Position numbers and translations under genes: made by a program. A stretch of 64,000 nucleotides of DNA from Zygnema circumcarinatum SAG 698-1b (taxonomy: Eukaryota > Plantae > Zygnematophyceae): the NCBI GenBank assembly GCA_037447605.1, contig CM074823.1:186001-250000 (forward strand), given 5' to 3'. Each line of letters begins with the position of its first letter. The stretch's first letter is position 1. This document shows, in pieces, positions 23,156 to 34,345 of this stretch. The notes beneath the pieces were generated by a model, which saw nothing but the letters and a program-made list of their open reading frames with translations, did not search any database and had not been told where the DNA came from.

Positions 23156-23186
<31 letters not shown>

Positions 23187-25081
23187 CGAGAGTAGATAAA
23201 AAACGAGAAAATAAAACTCACTCAAAGTCTTCCTTTCTCGGTCGTCCTCTTTTTTTCTCCGAAATTTGTCCATGTTTTATTTCATTTGTGTCCGCATTCT
23301 CCCTCCGCAATTTTTTTTTTCCTTTCGTTTCCGATGTTTCCTTCCCCTCAAATATTTCTTTCGGTTCAGATTCCTCCAATTTTGTCGTTTTCTGAATTTC
23401 CAAAAGAAGGGGTTCGAGTTCGAACCACTCGAGCTCCTCCTGGTCGTTGTCTTCGTACCTGACCTGAAATCACGGGCAGGTGAAAAAAAAACTTTAAATA
23501 ATTACAAAACTATCCTCACACTGATATGCTATTAGGGATAGTTTCAGCAATTCCAAAGTTGTGGGTAAAAAAATCCGAAATTTTAAATGTTATACTCGAA
23601 ATCTGACCTTGAAATAAGTTGTCCGCTCGTCAAAATTTATAACACAGCCTTCGTAAAATTTTTTCCCGAACTTTTTTCTGAGTCTTCTGCCGACAATTTT
23701 TTTTCCTTGGTGTTCCGGTTCCATGTGCTGGTCCTGCCCAAAAAATGGTTCAAAGGAAAAGGTAAGGGAGGAAGGTACAATATCCCCCTCCCTCCCCCTC
23801 TCTCTCTTCGCTCATCTCTCCCTCTCCCTCTCTCTCCCCTCATCTCTCCCTCTCCCTCTCTCTCCCCTCATCTCTCCCTCTCCCTCTCCCTCTCTCTCCA
23901 CTTTCTTCTCTCCCTCTCTCACTCCCTCTCTCTTCATCTCTCCCTCTCTCTCTCCGTCTCCCCTCATTTCTCCCCCCCTCCCCTCTCCCTCTCCCTCTCC
24001 TGCTTCCCTTCCCCACCAAAAAGTGGTTCACAGGAAAAGGTAAGAGAGGAAGGTACAATGTCCCCCTCCCTCCCCCTCTCTCTCCCCCCTCATCTCTCCC
24101 TCTCCCTCTCTCTCCCCTCATCTCTCCCTCTCCCTCTCTCTCCCCTCATCTCTCCCTCTCTCACTCCCTCTCTCCTCATCTCTCTCTCTCTCTCTCCGTC
24201 TCCCCTCATTTCTCCCCCCCTCCCCTCTCCCTCTCCCTCTCCTGCTCCCCTTCCCCACCAAAAAGTGGTTCACAGGAAAAGGTAAGAGAGGAAGGTACAA
24301 TGTCCCCCTCCCTCCCCCTCTCTCTCTCCCCTCATCTCTTCCTCTCCCTCTCTCCCCTTTCTTCTCTCCCTCTCTCTCTCTCCCTCTCTCCTCATCTCTC
24401 CCTCTCTCTCTCCGTCTTCCCTCATTTCTCCCCCCTCCCCTCTCCCTCTCCCTCTCCTGCTCCCCCACCCTCTCCCTCTCCCTCTCCGTCGCCCTCTCCC
24501 TCTCTCTCTTCCTCTCCTGCTCCCTAGTGTCCGCTTACAGAAAAACGTAAGAAAACCCTAATAGCATTGTGACAACGTTAAGAAATTTGAAAATTTAATA
24601 TCAAGGTCATGTAAATACTATCTATAGCTAATGTATTTGTTTCTCGGTAATAGAGAGAGGTGATGATGGGAGAAGAAAGAGAGGGAGGGAGAGAGAGGGA
24701 GGTGGAGAGAGATATACAGAGGGCGGGAGGGGAAGAGCGGGGGAGACAGAGAGAGGGGGAAACAGGAAGAGGGAGAGGCGAGGAAGGGAAAGAGGGAGAC
24801 GCGAGAGAGGGGGGGAGAGATTGACTGGGAGGGGAGAGAGAGTAGGGAAGGGAGAGAGGGAGGGAGAGAGGGAGAGAGAGGGAATTAGGCAGAGAGTGGA
24901 GGGAGGGAGAGAGAGAGAGACTGGTTGGGAAGAGCGGAAGCAAAGGCAGGGGAATGGGAGTGAGGGAAGGAGGGAGGGAGAGAGAGAGGGAAAGGGTGAA
25001 AGAGAGCGAGAGTGAGAGAGATAGAGAGAGGGATAGAGAGAAAGAGAGAGAGAGAGAGGTACAACCCACCTGCAGCGCCAT
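19738..25081 (-). CDS. Protein with three PTM/DIR17-type Tudor domains and an AT-hook-like RGRPRK motif (~534 aa)
   Basis: Exons (minus): 25081-25070, 23733-23608, 23463-23222, 22810-22714, 22478-21933, 21419-21060, 19959-19738; phases are consistent. Three repeats: IVGRRLRKKFGKKFYEGCVINFDERTTYFK|VRYEDNDQEELEWFELEPLLL; LIGRKLEKDFYGTLFEGRVISFNELTKYFK|VKYSDGDQEDMEWHELEPLLL; VVGRKLVKDFFGVPFDGWVKGYNPAAGFYK|VRYSDGDQEDLEWHELLPLLL. Confidence 0.85.
23740..24500. repeat. Three ~250-280-bp tandem units in intron 1 of the Tudor gene
   Basis: CCAAAAA(G/A)TGGTTCA(C/A)AGGAAAAGGTAAG(A/G)GAGGAAGGTACAAT recurs at ~23740, ~24017 and ~24258, each followed by a CT tract. Confidence 0.85.
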
Positions 25082-25688
25082 TTTCACTTTTTTTTCAACT
25101 TTTCGAACCGTAATCTTCCGCAGCCCTAATGCCACATCTTCCTCTCCAGAAACCCTAAAAAATGACTGAAACTGGAACTGAAACTGAAACTCATATAAAC
25201 TGAATGCCACAATCCAGAGCAGAGTGCGAACCCTGAACCCTAATTAGGGTTTTTAGGGTTTTTAGAGTTTTTAGGGATTCCCGTGTTTCCGTTTCCGCCA
25301 TTCAAGGATGTGGCCGTTGACGAGCTCGCCCCGTCCTGCACATGCTCAAGCAGAAAAGACAAAATGTCGGTACAGGCACAGGCGTACGGTAAATTCGTAC
25401 ATCTTCAAGATTCCGTAGTAACTTGTACTTTTGGGTTGTCGTCACGTGGGTAGGTGTGTACGGTTCCTAGTGAGCATGTGTACGGTCAAATCGATATTTT
25501 ACGGAATTTGTCAATACTGTGTAGAGTTGTCGATATTTATGCGATGTATTCGGATATGTGGATAGATCATATCGAGATATTTTGCAGTATCGATTGATAC
25601 TTGTACGTGGCGACACGTGATTGGATGTTGGAAAAAAGCCAAAAGCCAAAAACCAGTTTTGAGGAGGTTTGCAACATTGCAACTAATA

Positions 25689-25889
25689 GGGGGAGTCAGA
25701 CCTATGACCATCGCCAAATCAATTTCGTAGGCCTGTCCGGCGAATTCAGCATTGGCTAGATACGCATTTCGGTACGGTTGGGCTCGGCGGGGCCGCGGAT
25801 CCCGACGTGGAATTCGTACACGAAAGAAGTGACTTTTAGTATAAGGAATTCGGGAATTTCGTAAGCGATGGTCAAGGTCTGACCCCCCC
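25689..25889. mobile_element. MITE-like element, ~200 bp, ~26-bp imperfect TIRs, TA flanks
   Basis: GGGGGAGTCAGACCTATGACCATCGC (25689-25714) vs the reverse complement of 25865-25889 (GGGGGGGTCAGACCTTGACCATCGC): 1 mismatch and 1 indel. TA is present on both sides. Confidence 0.7.
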
Positions 25890-26047
25890 TAATGGCCCAA
25901 AAAAAGAACAAAACTCTCCACCAATTTTCCAGTTCTGTGCTCATCATGTATTATTCATGCACTGTGGCACAAAATTTCAAAATTTTAAATAGTTCACATA
26001 TAATTTGTACTCTGCAACATTGGGCTTGTCCTGTGGGTAATCGCTAC

Positions 26048-26535
26048 ACCCTGAACCCTAAACCCTAACCCCACACCCTTAACCCTCAACCCTAAACCCT
26101 AATAATACACCCTAAACCCTGAACCCTAAATCCAAAGCCCTAATCCCTGAACCCCCAAAACTTGCCATCCTTTCCCGCCGCCGATCTGCATTTACACTCT
26201 TCTTCCGAACACTAGTTTTCGCTACACTCCCTCGCCCTCTCCCTCTCTACTTTGAGTCAAAATTTCTGTGATGCCAAATCCGTTTCTCCCTATGCTCATC
26301 GATTCCTAAACCCTCAACCTAACCCCTAAACCCTAAACCCTACACCCTAACCCTGAACCCTAAACCCTTAACCCTAAACCCTTACCTTGAACCCTACACC
26401 CTAACCCTAAACCTCAAAGCCCTAAACCCTAAACCCTAATCCTAACCCTAACCCTAAACCCTAATCCTGAACCCTAAACCCTAAACCCTGAACCTTAACG
26501 TTAAACCCTAAACCCTAACCCTAAACCCTAAACCC
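26048..26535. repeat. Interstitial telomere-like (CCCTAAA)n tract, degenerate and interrupted
   Basis: Runs of AAACCCT/AACCCT at ~26048-26155 and ~26300-26535, abutting the bHLH stop codon. Confidence 0.9.
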
Positions 26536-29500
26536 TGTGCCCGCGAAGCCCCTCTTCATCCAGGTCCCAGAGCGCCTGAGCGATTTGAGGCCCTCGATCC
26601 GACAGCGAGCGCCCATAGGTCTCCGAGGGAGCCGCCATGGCCATGGCCATGGATGCGGATGATGGCGATGATGATGCGCCGACATCCATGGCCATGGATG
26701 CCATGGATGCCATGGGCATGGCCATGGCTCCCCCTCCCCCTCCGCTTCCCGCCATATTGAGAGAGAGCGCCCCTCTCTCTTCACTATGGGAGAGTTCCCT
26801 CCCTTCTCCTTTCGGACTCATCATTGGAGGAGAGATCGACGGCGGCCGACTCTTGCCTGTCAACGACTGCTCCCCCCCAAAACAAAACATCCACGTAAGT
26901 CTTAGTAAATAAGGCCTACAATACTGAAAATCTTAAGATTTTTGGAGTTTAACACATGCAAAAATGTCAATCAGAATCCTAAACCTAACCCTAAAATCCA
27001 CTTTTAAGATGATAATAGATGAAAATAGATGAGAATAGATGAAAATATTTCCTTACCTGGACCTGGTCCTGCAGCTGTCTGACGTAGTTGATGGCCTCCT
27101 CGAGCATGGTCACAGTGTCCCCGCGGTTTGCGTTCGGGACTAAGTCATGGAGGATGCGCATGCGCTGACTGATCTTGTCACGTCGCATCTGAAAGGAAAC
27201 GAACAGTCGCAAGCAAACAGGGAAACATGGAGAGGTTAGTTACTGCAAATGGCTCACCTTAGGTGGAGCCTCCTTGTATCCACCACCTGTTGAAGGTGGT
27301 GGATACAACAAACTTTGGAAAGAAACTTATCATCGTCCTCTCCCGAGCTCTCCCTCTCCCACTGCCTCTCCCTCTGCCTCTGCCTCCCCCGCTGCCTCTC
27401 CCTCTGCCTCTGCCTCTCCCTCTCCCTCTCCCTCTGCCTCTGCCTCTGCCTCTGCCTCTCCCTCTGCATCTGCCTCTCCCTCTCCCTCTCCCACTCCCTC
27501 CCTCTCCCTCTCCCTCTCCTCTCCTCTCCTCTCCCTCTCCCTCCCTCTCCTCTCCCTCTCCCTCCCTCTCCCTCTCCCTCTCCCTCTCCCTCTCCTCCCT
27601 CTCCTCTCCCTCCCTCCCTCCCTCTCCCTCTCCCTCCCTCCCTCTCCCTCTCCCTCTCCCTCTCCCTCTCCCTCCCTCTCCCTCTCCCTCTCCCTCTCCT
27701 CTCCCTCTCCCTCTCCCTCTCCCTCCCTCTCCCTCTCCCACACTTACCCGTGCTGCCACAGAATGCGGATCCGTCGCCGTTCCCCTCTTCTGTCTCTGCT
27801 TCTTCGGCTGCTCCACAACTGCTGCCTTCTTCCCCTTCCCTCCCTCCCCTCCTTCCTCTCTCCCTCCCACTCTCCCTCTCTCCTTTCCCATGCGTTCCTC
27901 TCCTCTTCCCTTCCGCTCTCCCTCCTCCCACCCTCCCTCCCTGAACTCTCTCCCCCTTCCTTCGACATTCAGCTCCTCAATTCTCGAATCCCTACCTCGT
28001 CCATCTCCCTCCTCCCACGGTCTCTTCTTTGGACTCACCTCCCCTCTCCCTCTCCCACCCTCTGCCTCTCCCTCTCCCTCCCCAAGCCACTCCAAGCTTC
28101 TCCCTCTCTGTGGACTTCTCCCTCTCACCGGACTCCTCGATGCTCCCTCGCGTGGACTCGTCTCCCTACTACTACTCCCATACAGAGGGCTCTCTCCTCC
28201 TCCCATCTCTCCCTCTCCCTCTCCCTCCCTTCTCACACTTCCTCCTCCTGATCCTCTCCCTTCTCCTCCACCCACCATCGTCCCTTGCAAAAGGACTTCT
28301 GGAATGTCTCCTATTGGAGAATGGAGAGGGAGAAGCTCCAAATTATTCATCCAATTCTTCTCCTTCACATCCATCCCCTCTCCCACTCCCACTCCCACTC
28401 CCACTCCCACTCCTCTCCATCCTCTAGGAGAGTCTCCTCCCTCTCCTCTCATTCCAAGTCTTGGACTCTTCGACCTTCCCTCCGGGGATATCCTCTCCTC
28501 CACCTCTCCCACTCCTCCTCTCTTCCCCTCCCACCCACTCCTCCCTCCTCCTCTCTCCCCTCCAATACTACTTGAGTACCCTGACGAGCTTGTATCCGGG
28601 GTCACTTCTTGTTTCACTTCCTCCTTACTCTCATACCCTCCCCCCCTCTCTCCCCCCCTCTCTCCCCCTCTCTCTCCCCCCCTCTCTCCCCCTCTCTCTC
28701 CCCCTCTCTCTCCTCCTCTTTCTCCCATTATGTCCGCATTCAGACTTGGTAGACTCACAAGCCCCAACGAGTCGAGATGTGGAAGATCAGCGAAATCGTA
28801 CGAATCAATCCTTAACAAGTCTATATCTCCCCCTCCCACTCCCACTCCTCCCATCTCTCCCATTCCCATTCCCACTCCCACTCCCACTCTCCCCCCCCTC
28901 TCCCTCTCCCTCTCCCTCTCCCACTCCCTCTCTCTCCCTGCCCCCAGAAGGGCCGCATCTTGCAAATCTATTGACCCAAAGCTCGCCTGCGTTCGAGCCA
29001 ATAGAGAGCCCCAAGGTTGGTCCTCCTGCCTGGAAACTTCCCCCAGAATGTCCTGCGGAGAAGATGCCACGTGGCTATCTCCAAAGCCTGCCACGTGGCC
29101 ATGTCCACCAGGTGCTACGATACTATGGCCGCCAGAAGAAACGTGGCCGAGTCCTCCTGTGTCTGCCACGTGGCTGTGCCCAGAGGATGCCACGTGGCGC
29201 TGGCCACGTGGCTCCACCATCATCTGACGGAGCAGCGCGTCTGCTAGCGGGAAGTCTTGAGTCGGCGGAGGAGCTGTAGCTGTAGCTGTAGCTGTGGCTG
29301 TAGCGGCGGGGAGGTAGGGTTGTAGCTGCGACTGTAGCAGGGGCTGGGAGGGGTTGAATGGGTCGGAAAAGGAGGGCTCTGATTTGATGGAGGGATGGGG
29401 GGGGGGGGAGGGGGGCCACTTAAAGTTGGACACGTGGGAGGGGCGGGAGAAGGAGGGGTCCGAGCGGGAGGTAGCGCTGCAAGGAAGGAGAGAGAGAGGG

Positions 29501-31361
29501 GGAGGGGGGGTGGGTGAGGGAGAGGGAGGGAGGGAGAGAGGGAGGGAGGGAGAGAGGGAGGGAGGGAGGGTGGGAGGGAGGGAGGAGGGAGGGAGGGAGG
29601 GAGGGAGGGAGGGAGAGAGCGAAGGGAGGGTGGGAGGGAGGGAGGAAGGGATGGAGGGAGGGAGGGTGGGAGGGAGGGAGGGAGGGATGGAGGGAGGGAG
29701 GGGGAGAGAGCGAGGGGAGGGTGGGAGGGAGGGAGGGAGGCAGGAGGATGGAGTGGGGGAGGGAGGGGAGATGGAGTGGGGGAGGGAGGGAAGGAGGGAG
29801 GGAGGGAGGGAGGAGAGGGAGCGGGGGAGGGATGGAAGGAGGGAGGGAGGGAGGGCGGGAGGGAGGGAGGGCGGGAGGGAGGGAGAGGGAGAGAGCGAGA
29901 GATAGTGAGAGTAACACACCTCTGAACGAGTGCTTCGAGGCTTCCGAGGTTGTCAATGGAATCAGAGGCTGGCAACGCCATCTGCCACGCCGTTCCATGG
30001 GCACAGTTCCGTCAAAAATGGAAGGAATGATGGAAATTTCTGACCATATGCTGAACTGTTTCAGTTGAAAACTAACAGGATACGTTTCTGTTGTATTCAC
30101 CTGAGGAATATGTACGGACGGCCCTCCCACTCCCTGCAGCTTCAAATTCCCCCCTGATGCAGCCTGCCAGAACAAAAAAAAAGGGAAAAAATATTAGAAA
30201 AAAAAAGTAACTATTGATGAGAGAAACACGATTGGCGAATAAAGATTATCACAAAATGAAGATAAAATGAAATTAGAAAAAAAAATCAGAGAGAATTATG
30301 CGCTTAAAAAACACAATTTTAATGAAATAATAAAATAAAGCTGAAAATTCCCACCTGCAATTCCATCAGCAGTTGCATCCTCGCCAGCCAATCTGGCGAC
30401 GCCAGGTCTCCGGCCTCCCCTGTTCCATGTCCGTACATTCCGTTCCTGTTTCCGTTGCCGTTGCCAATTCCAGCCATGACGTTTCCAGTTCCGTTTCCCG
30501 TTCCGTCCGCCGTTCCGTTTCCGTTGCCGGCAACGGTTCCCTGCGCCGTGAGCAGCGCCGTGAGCTGCTGGACCAGTGCGTGGTTCGAGGTTTGAACCCC
30601 GCTCGTTCGCTGGTGAAGCTGCTGAAGGAGCTGCAGGAGCTGCATGCCGGTGGGCCCGCCCTCCTGCGCTTCCATGTACAAAAACTTCAGTTTCAGTTTC
30701 AGTTACAGTTTCAGTTTGGAAATTCAGTCTCAGTTTCAGAATCAGTTGCAGTTCCAGTTTGGAAATCCCTCTCATGTTTACTTGTCCCCTACTCACCACT
30801 ATCCCTCTCTCTACCTCTCCCTTCCCTTCCAATCTCTCTCACTCGTGTTCTCTCCCTCTTTCTGCCCTCGTCGTCTCTCCCGCACTTCTCCCTCTCTCAC
30901 ACGCAACTGCTCTCCCTCCAACTCGCTTTTCCTCCTTCTCCCTCTCCCTTTCCTCCTCCCCCTCCCTGAAATACTGCCATCCTCTGCCTTTGAGAATTCA
31001 AATCAATCTCTCCGTCTCCCTCTCCCTCTCCCTCTCCCTCTCCTCTACGTCACTCCCACCTCCCCTCCCGTTTCCTACTCTCCCTCCCCCCCTCCACTCC
31101 TCCCCTCCTCTCTACCCTCTCTCCCTCTCCTTCTCCCTCTCTCCCACTCCTTCCCATTGTCCTCCCTCACATCTCTCTCTCTCCAGCCGTCACAACTTGC
31201 TCTATCGCTATCTCCCCCCCCCTCACCCCTCTTTCCTCCCTATTTCTTCGTGCCACGTGTCCCACCCCCCCATCAGGCCAATGAGCGGCCGTCACCTGGC
31301 ACTGCTGCTGCAACTTTTGTAGAAGCAAAGCGCCGCCGAGGCCCGCCTGCCCCCCCTCCAT
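26528..31361 (-). CDS. bHLH transcription factor (~900 aa, long low-complexity N-terminus), related to the subfamily VIII (RSL/HEC) / XI (LRL) group
   Basis: Exons (minus): 31361-31296, 30663-30355, 30163-30101, 29981-29920, 29476-27748, 27188-27057, 26866-26528. bHLH: KRGTATDPHSVAAR|MRRDKISQRMRILHDLVPNANRGDTVTMLEEAINYVRQLQDQVQ. The bHLH and the three 3' exons are solid; the four 5' exons are phase-consistent but have no homology support. Confidence 0.8.
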
Positions 31362-34154
31362 CCTCTCTCCCACTCTCTCTCTCCCTCTCCCTCCCCCCCT
31401 CCCTCTCCCCCTCTCGCGACCTCTCTCTCTCCGTATCTATTCCTCCCTCGTTCTCACCCTCTCCCTCTTATCTCTCTCTCTCTCCCTCCCTCCCTCTCTC
31501 CCTCTGTCCCTCCCTCTCTCTCTCCCTCGGTCCCCTCTTCTCTCTCTCTCTCCCACTCTCCCTCCCTCTCTCCCACTCGCTCTGTCTTCGCGGCGTCGCC
31601 GATTCGCGGACGGCCACACGCTTTTACCGCCTCCCTCGGACGGACAGTCAAACATTTCATTGCTGCCCGTTTAGGTGCTGCCCAAATTATCGGGCAGGAA
31701 ATAACATCTCCAAAGAAAATATTTCCCGAGCCAAACCAAAGCTCCTTTCGAGCCTCGGGCAACGATTTGGCAACGAGTTCTCAGTTTCGACGCTAATTCG
31801 AGCCTACTCCGGACCAGAATATAAACTTAAAAAAAAAGAAATTTTCAAATGTTTAATCTAACCGAAATCTCAATTTATTTTCAGAAAACTTTATACTACC
31901 TGCCCGAACAAGGTAGATAGTGGACTTTCTGTGACGCGCAGAAATGACGGAAAAGGCGGCAACGCAAAACGACAAAAGCCTTTGTCGTTTTTTCGTACAG
32001 TTTCGGTACATTTTTAATTTGTCCCAATCAGACAATTTGTCTTTTGTGCAATGTTTTCGACCAATCACATTCCTTTCCGGATCTAGCGGCCTAGCTATTC
32101 GACAATATCATTAACCGAATCAGGACAAAATGTCGGTGGCCCTGTCTTTTTGGGACCGACAATGATGACCCCCAACCATAGGCGAAAGCGCAGGTGGTGC
32201 GCAGATTTGACCACGTGGCGGGTGCTAGGGCTAACGTGGTAACTTGTCCCAAAACGACAAATACCGACCTACGCAATGATAACTTTTTGTCGGTCATATT
32301 GCACGTGTCGCACTTCCATTGCTCGCATTTACCATTGTAGGTTGTCCTCCGCCCAAAAGGTTGATACTGTACGAAAGACAATACGACAAACTGAGTTTAC
32401 TCGGTCAATGTCCATACTATAGCCTGAATTCGAAAACGGGCAGGAACATACTTTCTAAAGCCTGCCCGTCGGTTGAGTTCTGGCATCCCATTGGCTGACA
32501 CGTTTTTTTCCCACCGAATCTAACGGTCAGCCATCCCTCTCGAACGGGGCCAAAGTTTGTAAGATTCGCCGCGATTCCCGGAAGAATCTCGCCCTCAGGC
32601 GCAAACCGACGCGCCTCTGCTCCACGTGGCGCAAGCCGCCAAAACAATTGTAGTATTGTACGGACAGTGGATCTGCTCATGACGTAATTCTGTAACGTTT
32701 CTGGACCCGACAGAATCTGTTCGCTCAGCTTCTCTACTATGATTGGCCCACGTGGATCCCCTGATTCTGTTGGGATACGATTCGACAAGGTATTCTGTCG
32801 TTTAGTGGACTCTCAGAAAATTGCGGGTCAAGGTTTTCTCCTGAAGCGACACGCGTCCGCTGCTGCCTTGGAACTTTCCCAGTGTCGCCGCTGGCAGAAA
32901 CTGTACGAACATATACGAATACGTACCTTCCATGTACGGCCCTTGCTATTCCGTTACTCCCCCTTGTCATTTTTCAACTCGCCAAATCTCCGAAGGGTTG
33001 CGCGTTTTGGCATCCTGCCGGCGCCGTACAATTGTCGGCGAAACCAAATGAATGTCTGAGCGGCCGTCGGCGGCCGGCCGGCGATTTCGACCGCTTGCGC
33101 CATGTTGGCATGTTGTTGTTGTTGTACTTGTACCGAATCCAATCAATGCAATCATCGCCTTTGACAAGAAGGCGCCCTAAGCAACAAGTTGTGGGCAACA
33201 AGTACATCCATGGGGCCATGAGGGCTGCCAGCGCGCCAGTCCGAATTTTGGGCACGTTTTTGTGTATGTAAGGGAAGGTGGGCCCGCTAGCTCGCGGCGA
33301 ACCGTCACACATTGGACCGTACGGCGGCGGTCCCGCATGACGCATGCATGGTACGGCGCTAGAGGGACCGTAGGTCAAAGCCTAGTCTCGAGGCAAGGTC
33401 AAATCGTAGCCTCGTGACACGTGTGAAGTCTCACGTACGTCATACGACGTGTTGACGTAATTTTGTCGGCCGTACGGCCGAGTAAGACAAGTCATACGGT
33501 ACTATTCATACGTCATATTGACGTCAGGAAAAACCTGGTTATCGACGAGAAACTCGGCTTTATGGGTCCGACACACGAGCGAACTAATGAACTAACTAAC
33601 TAACGAACTAACCGTAATTAATAACCATAATTAATAGTTAATTATGTTTCTCCACGTTTCTGAAACGCCGTACGCGCAACTGCCGTCACATGTTCCGCGT
33701 AAAAAGCTGGTTCCATATGATGTCTGTTGGCCGTTGCGTTCCGTTTCTGTCGGCAAGGGATACGCTGAACTGGGAGTTCAAACTGTGAAACGGACGAACG
33801 GTTGGAAGTATCGCGGACGTTGGAATATACGGCGAGAGGAGGGAAAATTTCATTGAACTCGCGATGGCCGCTTCCTTCACACAGGAGAGGGGTTTGTAGG
33901 ATTTTTAGGGCTTTAAGGGTTTTAGGGTTTTTAGGGCATTAAGGGTTGTAGGGTTTTGAGGGTTTTTAGGGTTTCAGAGTTAGTCCAGGCATGTACTGAC
34001 TAGTCGACTGACTAAACTGTGCTCAGACATGAATGGTTAGCCAAAGTTAGTCAAGTTGCCTATACCTTCGAAAAAAAAAGTTCGTTTTCGAAACGGTGCC
34101 TTTGAATGACGGTAACGGTACAGTACATTTTGTCGACATCTATACTGTACTGTA

Positions 34155-34345
34155 CAGTAGACCCCCCCAATATTTTCGCCATGGTTTCGGCAAATATTGG
34201 GCGAAAATATTGGGTAGCGAAAATATAAGGGTGCGTGTTAACAATAGGCGGGCAGTATTATATTAAAAAGTGGTTTTGGCAAATTCAGGGCGAAAATATT
34301 GGGGAGCGAAAATAAGAGGGGCGAAAATATTGGGGGGGTCTACTG
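34155..34345. mobile_element. Tc1/mariner (pogo-like) MITE, 191 bp
   Basis: Perfect 26-bp TIRs CAGTAGACCCCCCCAATATTTTCGCC (34155-34180; inverse 34320-34345), TA target-site duplication on both sides, and internal GCGAAAAT sub-repeats. Confidence 0.9.

Noticed and set aside
32417-33378. Several 60-135-aa ORFs in the bHLH-glycoprotein intergenic region
   Set aside because: They overlap on both strands with no domain signal or splice support. They may be decayed TE sequence.
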